Of a DNA stretch of 45,897 nucleotides, positions 17,894-25,728 are shown one piece after another. The translations under genes and the position numbers were made by a program. The notes beneath the pieces are model-generated. The model searched no databases. It was not told the origin of the DNA and was given only the letters and a program-made list of their open reading frames with translations. Positions within the stretch are counted from its first letter, which is position 1, and each line of letters starts with the position of its first letter. The stretch is from Verrucomicrobiia bacterium (GTDB lineage Bacteria > Verrucomicrobiota > Verrucomicrobiia > Limisphaerales > UBA11358): assembly GCA_035503995.1 (NCBI GenBank), contig DATJSQ010000266.1, forward strand, positions 1 through 45,897, in the 5' to 3' direction.

Positions 17894-18846
17894 TGCAAAA
17901 GAAATTGAACATCGTCGTCATGCTTGGCGGCCCCAGCGCCGAACGCGAAGTGTCGCTGCGTTCCGGCGCCGGTGTTGCCGGGGCGCTGCGCTCGCTCGGC
18001 CATTCGGTTTCGGAAATTGACCCCCAGGACAAAAAATTTGTGCTGCCGGGGAAGACTGATGTCGTTTGTCTGGCGGCGTTGCACGGAACCTACGGCGAGG
18101 ATGGCGAGATACAGAACCAATTGGACAAGATTGGCGCGATCTACACCGGGTGCGACGCGAAATCAAGCCGGATTGCTTTTGACAAGGTTTTGACAAAGAA
18201 AAAATGCATCGAGCACGGGGTGCCCACGGCGGAATTTGTGGTCGTGGCATCAGCGCAAACGCCGTGGCCTGCGGCCATGAGATTGCCATTGGTGGTCAAG
18301 CCGGTGCGGCAAGGCTCAAGCGTTGGCCTGCAATTTGTCGAGCGCATTGAAGATTGGCCCGGCGCGCTGACCGAGGCGTTGAAATTTGATTCCGAAGTCC
18401 TGGCCGAGGAGAAAATCATCGGGCGCGAAACCACCGTCGGAATTTTGGACGACAGCGCCTTGCCGGTCGTTGAGGTGCGGCCAAAGGCCGGCTCCTATGA
18501 TTATCGAAACAAATACACCGTCGGCTGCACGGAGTATTTTTGCCCGGCGGATTTTGACGCGGCCACGACCCGGCGGATTCAAGACGCCGCCGCGGGCGCC
18601 TTCCGCGCAATTGGCGGGCGTGATTATGGCCGCGTGGACGTAATGGTGCGTCCGAACGGCGAGCCGGTGGTGCTGGAGGTCAATACCCAACCCGGGATGA
18701 CCGAAACGAGCCTCCTGCCGAAGGCGGCGGCGGCGGCCGGCATCAAGTACGAACAGCTTTGCCAGCGAATGATTGATTTGGCGTTGAAACGAAAAGCGAT
18801 GAACGATCGGCAACTCATTGCCGCGGTCGCGGCGGACATCGGCTGA
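17893..18846 (+). CDS. ddl: D-alanine--D-alanine ligase
   Basis: HGTYGEDGEIQNQLD, VKPVRQGSSVG and EVNTQPGMTETSL motifs. The ATG at 17893 overlaps the murB stop (TGATG). Confidence 0.93.
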   Translation: MQKKLNIVVMLGGPSAEREVSLRSGAGVAGALRSLGHSVSEIDPQDKKFVLPGKTDVVCLAALHGTYGEDGEIQNQLDKIGAIYTGCDAKSSRIAFDKVLTKKKCIEHGVPTAEFVVVASAQTPWPAAMRLPLVVKPVRQGSSVGLQFVERIEDWPGALTEALKFDSEVLAEEKIIGRETTVGILDDSALPVVEVRPKAGSYDYRNKYTVGCTEYFCPADFDAATTRRIQDAAAGAFRAIGGRDYGRVDVMVRPNGEPVVLEVNTQPGMTETSLLPKAAAAAGIKYEQLCQRMIDLALKRKAMNDRQLIAAVAADIG

Positions 18847-18848
18847 TT

Positions 18849-19805
18849 ATGTGGTTCAAGCGCGGACAAAAAAACCGGCGATTGCGCCGCGGCCACGTGC
18901 TCGACGTGAGGCTGCGCTCCGCCCAGGTGCGCGCCACGCGCGCCCGGCTGGTCTCGGTCGCGCTTTGCGTCATGTTCGGCACTGTGTTCGGCCTCTATCT
19001 GCTTTGGTGCGCAGGCGGGTGGGCCCTGGATAAATTCGTCTATGAAAATTCCACGTTTGCGATTCAGGACGTGCAAGCACAAACCGACGGAGTGATTGCG
19101 CCGGAACAATTGCGTCGCTGGGCCGGCGTGAAACCGGGCCAAAACTTGATTGGCCTCGATCTGGCCGCCATCAAACGAAACCTCGAACTCGTTCCGGAAA
19201 TTGAGTCCGTTTCCCTCGATCGCGTTTTGCCCCGCACTCTGAAAATCCAGGTGACCGAGCGCCGGCCGATTGCGCAGGTGAACGTGCCCGAGTTGAATAC
19301 CAACGGCGGGATTATGGTTGTGGTTTATCAATTGGACGCGCACGGGTATGTGATGCAGCCGCTGGATCCGCGGGCGCGCACGATTCCTTTGGCCGAAATC
19401 AAAGAACAATTGCCCGTCATCACCGGTTTGAATCTCTTTCAATTGCTGCCCGGCCACCGCGTGGAATCGCCGCAGGCCCAGGCGGCGTTGCAATTGCTCG
19501 CCGCTTTCGCCCATTCGCCCATGAACGGCCTCGTGGATTTTCGCCGCATTGACGTTTCTTCACCGGAAGTCATCGTCGCGACGACCGAACAGGGCGGTCA
19601 AATCACTTTCGGACTCGATGATTTGGACCAGCAACTGCGGCGCTGGCGCGCCGTCTATGATTTGGGGCAACGCTACGGCAAGGCCATCGCCTCGGCCGAC
19701 TTCGCCGTCGCCAACAATGTTCCGGTCCGATGGGCGGATATTCCTTCCGCGCCGGACACGCCGGCCAATTCCACTGCAACCAATCCACGGAGGAAAAATG
19801 TTTGA
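18849..19805 (+). CDS. ftsQ: Cell division protein FtsQ (POTRA domain)
   Basis: N-terminal TM segment, then a POTRA-like segment IQDVQAQTDGVI...IKRNLELVPEIESVSLDRVLPRTLKIQVTERRPIA. It sits between ddl and ftsA. Confidence 0.85.
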   Translation: MWFKRGQKNRRLRRGHVLDVRLRSAQVRATRARLVSVALCVMFGTVFGLYLLWCAGGWALDKFVYENSTFAIQDVQAQTDGVIAPEQLRRWAGVKPGQNLIGLDLAAIKRNLELVPEIESVSLDRVLPRTLKIQVTERRPIAQVNVPELNTNGGIMVVVYQLDAHGYVMQPLDPRARTIPLAEIKEQLPVITGLNLFQLLPGHRVESPQAQAALQLLAAFAHSPMNGLVDFRRIDVSSPEVIVATTEQGGQITFGLDDLDQQLRRWRAVYDLGQRYGKAIASADFAVANNVPVRWADIPSAPDTPANSTATNPRRKNV

Positions 19806-21021
19806 CGACTCCAACATCATTGTCGGTCTTGAAATCGGCACGTCCAAAATCTGCGCCGTCGTTGGCGAAGTGAGCGCCGAGGGCGCGCTCAACATCATCG
19901 GCATCGGCCAATCGCCGTCGCGCGGCGTGCGCAAAGGCGAAATCGTGGACGCTTCCCAAGCCGAGGAATGCGTCCGCAACGCCATCGTCGAGGCCGAACA
20001 AATGGCCGACGTTGAAATCCGCGACGTTTATCTCGGTGTCACCGGCGGGCACGTCCGGGGATTCAATAATCGCGGCGTCCATCCAGTGGTCAGCGCCGAC
20101 CGCGAAATCTCCGAGGACGACGTGCAGGACGTGATTAAAAACGCCAAGGCCATCAATTTGCCCGCGCAAAACACGGTGGTCCATGCCGTCCGCCAGCATT
20201 TTTTTGTGGACGGCCAGGACGGTGTGACCAACCCGGTGGGAATGCTCGGCGCGCGCCTGGAAGTGGAGATGCACGTGGTGCACGGCATCACCAACCGCCT
20301 GCAAAATTCCATCCGCCTCGTCAAGGGCTTGCAACTCGAAGTGGACGACATTGTCTTCAACGGCCTGGCATCATCGCTTGCGCTGCTGACGTGCGAGCAA
20401 AAAGAACTCGGCGCCCTGGTGATTGACATCGGCGGCGGGACGACGGATTACGCCGTTTATTCCAATGGTGTCATTCGCCATACCGGCGCGCTGGCGATCG
20501 GCGGCGACCACGTTTCCAACGATTTGGGGCATGGCTTGAAGGTTCCCTTGAGCCGCGCGGAGAAATTGAAAAAGGAAAACGGCCTGGCCGCCGTGGATGA
20601 ACACGCCAAAGGCCGGACCGTTACCATCACCAATGAACTCGGCCTCCCGCTGCGGGTGGTCAACGTCGAGCATTTGCAGCGCATCATGTCGTTGCGGCTC
20701 GAGGAGATTTTTGAAATCGTCGCCCAGGACCTCGAGCAGGATGGCGCGCTGGACTACTTGCGCGCCGGAGTTTTTCTCAGCGGCGGCTGCGCGCGCATTC
20801 CGCACATCGCCAAACTGGCAGAGCGCGTATTTCAAATGCCGGTCTCCATCGGCCAGACCAATTCCATCAGCGGCCTCACGTCGGCGCTGGACCAACCGGA
20901 ATTTATCACCGCAATCGGCCTCGCGAAATTCGGCTCACTCAAGGCCCGTAAACGAGGCGGCAAATCGTCGCTGGCGTCCGGCCTCAAAGGCGTGCTCGGA
21001 AAATTCATCCAACGGTCTTGA
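19798..21021 (+). CDS. ftsA: Cell division protein FtsA
   Basis: MFDDSNIIVGLEIGTSKICAVVGE actin-fold phosphate-1 motif, DIGGGTTD, and a C-terminal amphipathic tail. The ATG at 19798 overlaps the end of ftsQ by 8 nt. The longer ORF from 19549 runs inside ftsQ and has no FtsA-like sequence. Confidence 0.92.
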   Translation: MFDDSNIIVGLEIGTSKICAVVGEVSAEGALNIIGIGQSPSRGVRKGEIVDASQAEECVRNAIVEAEQMADVEIRDVYLGVTGGHVRGFNNRGVHPVVSADREISEDDVQDVIKNAKAINLPAQNTVVHAVRQHFFVDGQDGVTNPVGMLGARLEVEMHVVHGITNRLQNSIRLVKGLQLEVDDIVFNGLASSLALLTCEQKELGALVIDIGGGTTDYAVYSNGVIRHTGALAIGGDHVSNDLGHGLKVPLSRAEKLKKENGLAAVDEHAKGRTVTITNELGLPLRVVNVEHLQRIMSLRLEEIFEIVAQDLEQDGALDYLRAGVFLSGGCARIPHIAKLAERVFQMPVSIGQTNSISGLTSALDQPEFITAIGLAKFGSLKARKRGGKSSLASGLKGVLGKFIQRS

Positions 21022-21024
21022 ACC

Positions 21025-22287
21025 ATGAAAACAAAAAATCACGAAATCGTTGCGGAAACTCCGCGGACACGTTCGATCAAAGTCATCGGCGTCGGCGGCG
21101 CGGGCGTCATCCTGGCCGATGCCATGAACAGCGGTGAGTTCGCCGGCGCGAGCTTCGCGGTGATTGACACGGACGCGCAGTCGCTCGCCGCTTCATCCGC
21201 CGCGGTGAAGATTCATCTTGAGACCAAATTGCTGCGCGGCCTCGGCACCGGCGGCGATCCGGAACGCGGACGCGCCCTGGCCGAGGAGCATTTTCCCGTG
21301 CTCCAATCCGCCTGTGATGGCGCGGACGTGGTTTTCATCGTGGCTGGCATGGGCGGCGGCGCGGGCAGCGGCATCAGTCCCGTCCTGGCGCGGGCGGCCA
21401 GGGAGGCCGGCGCGATTGTTTTTGCGTTTGTCACGCTGCCTTTTGCCGCGGAATTTGGCCGGCGCGAAGAACAGGCGCGTCAGGGATTGGAACAATTGAA
21501 GGGGATCGCCGACGGGGTGATTTGCCTGCCGAACCAGAAAGCGGTCAAACTGAATGCGGAAGATACACCCATCCTGGAAACGTTCCGCATCAGCGGCGGT
21601 CTGCTCATCGAGGGCGTCCGCGGCGTCTGGCAATTGCTCACGCGCCCGGGATTGATTCAAATACATTTCGAGGATTTATGCGCCCTCATGCGCGACCGGC
21701 ACTCTGAGAGCGCATTCGCCTTTGTGGAGGCAGGCGGCCCGTCACGCTCGCGCGACGTCATGGAAAAACTGCTCGCGCATCCGTTGCTCGATGAAGGCCG
21801 CGCCCTTGCGGAAGCCGATGCGATTTTGGTGAGCGTGACCGGCGGCAAGGATCTGACCATGGCCGAGGTCGGCCGCGTGATGGAACAAATCAGACGTCGT
21901 TGCGACCGCGCGCAAATCATCATGGGCGCGGCGATTGACCCGGAGATGAAAAACAGCGTCTCCATCACTTTGATCGCCGCACGGAACGCGGTGCCGAAAG
22001 TGGAGCAGCTCGCGCCGGACAACGCGGATGGTGCGGAAACACCGGAGTTGTCCCGGCGGCGGCGGCGCGATGTGCCGGCGGCGGCGGCGCTCACACTCGA
22101 TCAGCGCGAGCACCTGGTGGCGCGCCACAGCGGACGCGGGCGGCGCGAGAAATCGAAAATGCTGCAGACGCAATTGCCGCTGGCGATTGTCTCCAAAGGC
22201 CGTTTCGACAAGAGCGAACCGACCATCCACAAAGGCGAGGACCTGGATATTCCCACTTATATCCGCAAGGGTGTGCAGTTGAATTAG
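21025..22287 (+). CDS. ftsZ: Tubulin-like division GTPase FtsZ (divergent nucleotide-binding loops)
   Basis: VIGVGGAGVILADAM, AGMGGGAGSGISPVLA, VTLPFAAEFGRR and the C-terminal peptide DLDIPTYIRK; last gene of the dcw cluster. Confidence 0.85.
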   Translation: MKTKNHEIVAETPRTRSIKVIGVGGAGVILADAMNSGEFAGASFAVIDTDAQSLAASSAAVKIHLETKLLRGLGTGGDPERGRALAEEHFPVLQSACDGADVVFIVAGMGGGAGSGISPVLARAAREAGAIVFAFVTLPFAAEFGRREEQARQGLEQLKGIADGVICLPNQKAVKLNAEDTPILETFRISGGLLIEGVRGVWQLLTRPGLIQIHFEDLCALMRDRHSESAFAFVEAGGPSRSRDVMEKLLAHPLLDEGRALAEADAILVSVTGGKDLTMAEVGRVMEQIRRRCDRAQIIMGAAIDPEMKNSVSITLIAARNAVPKVEQLAPDNADGAETPELSRRRRRDVPAAAALTLDQREHLVARHSGRGRREKSKMLQTQLPLAIVSKGRFDKSEPTIHKGEDLDIPTYIRKGVQLN

Positions 22288-22290
22288 ATT

Positions 22291-22336
22291 TGCGCCGAAG
22301 GCGCCTGCAAGAATCGCCCGCAGTTTCAGCTGCGGG
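22291..22336. repeat. Left inverted repeat with two hairpins
   Basis: tGCGCCgaaGGCGCc followed by CCCGCAGtttcagCTGCGGG (22317-22336; 7-bp stem). Confidence 0.85.
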
Positions 22337-22377
22337 TCAGGTGGTGGAAGCCGTCAAGCTCCACCGGAGCGGCTGAA

Positions 22378-22887
22378 TTGATGTCCTATATCAGTTCTTA
22401 TTTTCATTGCGTGTTCAGCACGAAAGAACGCCGCCCGTTTATTCAGTCGGAACTCCGCGAACGTCTATGGCCGTTCCTGGGCGCCATCGCGCGGCAAAAT
22501 AAATTGACCGCTTTGGAAATTGGCTTGGATGGAAGATCACGTCCACTTGCTGCTGTCGCTTTCGGCCATGACCCCGGTTTCAAAGGCGATGCAATTGCTC
22601 AAGGGCGGTTTGGTTCCTCCAAGTGGGTGCATGAGACATTTCCCGGTCAACGATCCTTTGGATGGCAGGAGGAATACAGAGCGTTCAGCGTGAGCGTGTC
22701 GCAACTGGATGGAATCGTCGCGTATATTCGGGCGCAGCCGGAACATCATCGCAACATGACGTTTGAGGAGGAATTTTTGATGTTGTTGAAAAAACACGGG
22801 GTTCAGTACGAGGAAAGGTATTTGTGGAAGCATGCTCAGCCGTCCCGCCGGGACGGGAGGGTGTTCTGCGCGCCTACCCGCAGCTGA
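22378..22887 (+). pseudogene. IS200-like / REP-associated tyrosine transposase (Y1, HUH class) whose HUH segment lies in another frame
   Basis: The open frame gives YFHCVFSTKERRPFI...SSKWVHETF...FGWQEEYRAFSVSVSQ...YIRAQPEHHRNMTFEEEF. The expected MEDHVHLLLSLSAMTPVSKAMQLLKGG is encoded at 22529-22609 in the +1 frame. The called frame reads LDGRSRPLAAVAFGHDPGFKGDAIAQGRF there. Confidence 0.8.
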
Positions 22888-22922
22888 AACTGCGGGCTAT
22901 TATCCGAATCGCCTTCGGCGCA
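22877..22922. repeat. Right inverted repeat with two hairpins
   Basis: CCCGCAGctgaaaCTGCGGG (22877-22896) is the exact reverse complement of 22317-22336. The outer cgccttcggcgca matches the outer 13 nt of the left arm in inverted orientation. Confidence 0.85.
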
Positions 22923-22923
22923 G

Positions 22924-24480
22924 CTAAACATCCTTCCTCGGAAACAGCGGCGCCGGCTCGCCGATCTTATGTCCGGGATTCAGTTTTCCCCAAACCGCGT
23001 CGGAAAGTTCGTCCGGCGCGCCGTGCAGCCCAAGCTGCGAATAAATTTTCGCGGCCGTTCCGGGCAGGAACGGCTGGAGCAGCACCGCAAGCACACGACA
23101 GGCCTCGGCCAGGTTATACAACACTTCGTCCAGTCGCCTGGACTGTGCCGGTTCTTTTGCCAACTTAAAGGGCGCTGTCTGGTCAACGTATTGGTTCGCG
23201 CGGGTGACCAGCGACCAAATGCTCTGCAATGCGCTTTGCAACTGGTTTTGCCGCAGCAAGGCGCGTGCTTCGTCCGCGGCTTTCACAGCGTCGGCGGCCA
23301 GTTCGTCCGATTTCGCGGGAACTATCCCGTTGCGATACCGCTTGAGCATCGAGAGCGAGCGGTTCACCAGGTTGCCAAGGCCGTTCGCAAGTTCGGCGGA
23401 ATAACGGGCGCGAAATCCGGCATCGGTCCAGTTCCCGTCCGGTCCAATGTCCAGCTCGCGCAAAACGTAGAAGCGAAATGCGTCCAATCCCCATTCGTCA
23501 ATCACTGCGCCGGGGTCAACGATATTGCCCGTGCTCTTGCTGATTTTGGCGCCGTCCTTTTGCCAAAAGCCATGCACGAGAATTTGATTGGGCAACGGCA
23601 GGCCCATCGCCTTCAGCATGATGGGCCAATAAACCGCGTGAAATTTCAAAATGTCCTTGCCGATGACATGAATGTCGGCAGGCCACAGAGAAAGAGATGA
23701 GTGATGAGTGATGAGGGGCGACTTGAGGGCGGATAAAACAGCCTGGTCGCCATGTGCAGCGGCGATGCTGATGTAATTGACCAGCGCGTCGAACCAGACG
23801 TAGGTCACAAAATTTGTGTCAAATGGCAGGGGAATCCCCCAGTTCAATCGCGACGCCGGGCGCGAGATGCACAAATCCTCCAGTTGATTGTTTTTGAGAA
23901 AACCGAGGACTTCGTTGCGGCGATAGTCGGGCTGGATAAATGACGGATTGGCCTCGATAAATTCGATGAGCCATTGCTGGTGCGCCCCCAATTTAAAATA
24001 GTAATTCTCCTCTGTTAGTTTGATGACTTCACCATAAGCGGGGTCGAACGTGCCATCGGCGCGCCGGTCTTTTTCGGTAAGGAACGTCTCCTCTTTTGCG
24101 GAATAAAAGCCTTCGTAACTTGCCTTGTAGAAATGGCCGGCATCCTGGAGCTTCGAAAGGATGGACTGGACGAACTCCTTGTGGCGCGGCTGGGTGGTCC
24201 GGACAAAATCGTCGTTGGTCAGCTCCAATTTTTTTACAAAGGCCTGCCAATCTGCAGCGAGTGCGTCGCAGTAGATCTGGGGACTCTTTCCCTCGGCAGC
24301 CGCCGCCTGTTGGACCTTTTGTCCATGCTCATCCAGGCCGGTGAGGAAGAAAACCTCCAACCCCAGGCTGCGGCGCGACCGGGCAATGACGTCCGCGACG
24401 ATTTTCTCATAGGCATGGCCGAGATGCGGCTGGCCGTTGACGTAATCAATCGCGGTGGTGATGTAGAACCGTTTGTTCAT
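22924..24480 (-). CDS. metG: Methionine--tRNA ligase
   Basis: YITTAIDYVNGQPHLGHAY (HIGH motif), KISKSTGN (KMSKS motif), YVWFDAL and WPADIHVIGKDILKFHAVYWP. Start taken at MNKRFY (24480). Confidence 0.93.
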   Translation of the reverse strand: MNKRFYITTAIDYVNGQPHLGHAYEKIVADVIARSRRSLGLEVFFLTGLDEHGQKVQQAAAAEGKSPQIYCDALAADWQAFVKKLELTNDDFVRTTQPRHKEFVQSILSKLQDAGHFYKASYEGFYSAKEETFLTEKDRRADGTFDPAYGEVIKLTEENYYFKLGAHQQWLIEFIEANPSFIQPDYRRNEVLGFLKNNQLEDLCISRPASRLNWGIPLPFDTNFVTYVWFDALVNYISIAAAHGDQAVLSALKSPLITHHSSLSLWPADIHVIGKDILKFHAVYWPIMLKAMGLPLPNQILVHGFWQKDGAKISKSTGNIVDPGAVIDEWGLDAFRFYVLRELDIGPDGNWTDAGFRARYSAELANGLGNLVNRSLSMLKRYRNGIVPAKSDELAADAVKAADEARALLRQNQLQSALQSIWSLVTRANQYVDQTAPFKLAKEPAQSRRLDEVLYNLAEACRVLAVLLQPFLPGTAAKIYSQLGLHGAPDELSDAVWGKLNPGHKIGEPAPLFPRKDV

Positions 24481-24615
24481 CGTTGAACGTACCATCTTGC
24501 CGGACAAAATGGGCAATGGCAATCGAAAGGAAACTTATTTCGATTGCGGCTCAACGATTTCCCGTTAAGATGGGTGACGGCTGTGGCGGAAAACCAGCCG
24601 GCAAACAAATACCGC

Positions 24616-25728
24616 ATGAACAAAGACCTGTCCACCTTCGCCGCGCGTTTGCGCGAAACCATCGTTGGAGACGACGCAAGGAGTCTCACTTCAAACGAAT
24701 TCAACGATTTCGCCCTCGAACTTTTTTCGCTTCAATTTGCCCACAACGCCGCTTACCGGAAGATTTGCGAAGGCCGCAGGCGGACGCCGCTGATTGTCAA
24801 ACGTTGGACGCAAGTTCCGTGTGTTCCGACATGCGCATTCAAGGAATTGGAGTTGACCTCCATTGCTTCGGAAGAACGCACTGCTGTTTTTCATTCCAGC
24901 GGCACCACGGAGCAGAATCCCAGTCGGAATTTTCATAATTGTGAATCTCTCGAACTCTACGAAGCTTCATTATGGGCCGGATTCAAGCGGAATATTTTGA
25001 GGGACCCGGAATTCCAGGGAGAAAATGTCAGATTAATCTCCCTCACGCCGCCGCCCGAACATGTGCCGCACTCCTCCCTCGTTCACATGTTTGAAACAGT
25101 CCGCCAAAAACTTGGCGCGCCCAAAACGGCATTCGTCGGCGGATTCGACGCCGGGGGCCTCTGGGGACTTAATTTCGATGCCGCAATCGCGGCACTGGCG
25201 GGGGATTCAACCCCGCGATTGGTCCTCGGCACCGCATTTTCGTTCGTTCAGTTGCTTGATTTCCTCGACGAAAACAAATTGCTGCTCCAATTGCCGAAAC
25301 ATACCCGCGTCATGGAGACCGGCGGATACAAAAACCGATCACGCAGCTTGCCCAAGGTCGAGCTGCACGCCCTTGTCACGGAATTTCTTGGCGTGCCGGC
25401 GGAAAACATTGTTTGCGAATACGGGATGAGCGAATTGAGTTCGCAAGCTTACGACAGCGTGACAGAGAACTCCCGCCACCCGCCATACGTCACCCGCCGC
25501 TTTCATTTTCCTCCCTGGGCACGGGCGCAAATCATCTCGCCCGAAACAGGGCACGAGGTCGCCGACGGCGAAGCGGGGCTGATCCGCATTGTTGATCTGG
25601 CAAACGTTTTTTCCGTCAGCGCGATCCAGACCGAGGATTTGGGAATCCGTCGCGACGAGGGATTTGAATTGATCGGGCGCGCGAAATTGTCCGAACCTCG
25701 CGGATGCTCACTCATGGTTGCGTCATGA
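24616..25728 (+). CDS. LuxE-family acyl-protein synthetase-like adenylate-forming enzyme
   Basis: N-terminus FNDFALELFSLQFAHNAAYRKIC...VPCVPTCAFKE is typical of the LuxE/PaaK-like family. FHSSGTTEQ is the adenylate-forming P-loop. METGGYKNRS lies near the C-terminal domain. Start at MNKDLSTF. Confidence 0.7.
   Translation: MNKDLSTFAARLRETIVGDDARSLTSNEFNDFALELFSLQFAHNAAYRKICEGRRRTPLIVKRWTQVPCVPTCAFKELELTSIASEERTAVFHSSGTTEQNPSRNFHNCESLELYEASLWAGFKRNILRDPEFQGENVRLISLTPPPEHVPHSSLVHMFETVRQKLGAPKTAFVGGFDAGGLWGLNFDAAIAALAGDSTPRLVLGTAFSFVQLLDFLDENKLLLQLPKHTRVMETGGYKNRSRSLPKVELHALVTEFLGVPAENIVCEYGMSELSSQAYDSVTENSRHPPYVTRRFHFPPWARAQIISPETGHEVADGEAGLIRIVDLANVFSVSAIQTEDLGIRRDEGFELIGRAKLSEPRGCSLMVAS

Larger units (their letters stand above)
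22291..22922 (+). mobile_element. IS200/RAYT-type Y1 transposase module bounded by 46-bp inverted REP-like repeats
   Basis: Left arm 22291-22336 and right arm 22877-22922 are reverse complements in 39 of 46 positions. The outer 13 nt and the inner 20-nt hairpin are identical. The module fits between the ftsZ stop (22287) and the metG stop (22924). Confidence 0.8.

Noticed and set aside
19549-19797. 83-codon N-terminal extension of the ftsA ORF
   Set aside because: It overlaps the 3' end of ftsQ in another frame and reads as Ser/Arg/Pro-rich junk. The canonical FtsA N-terminus (MFDDSNIIVGLEIGTSK) starts at 19798.
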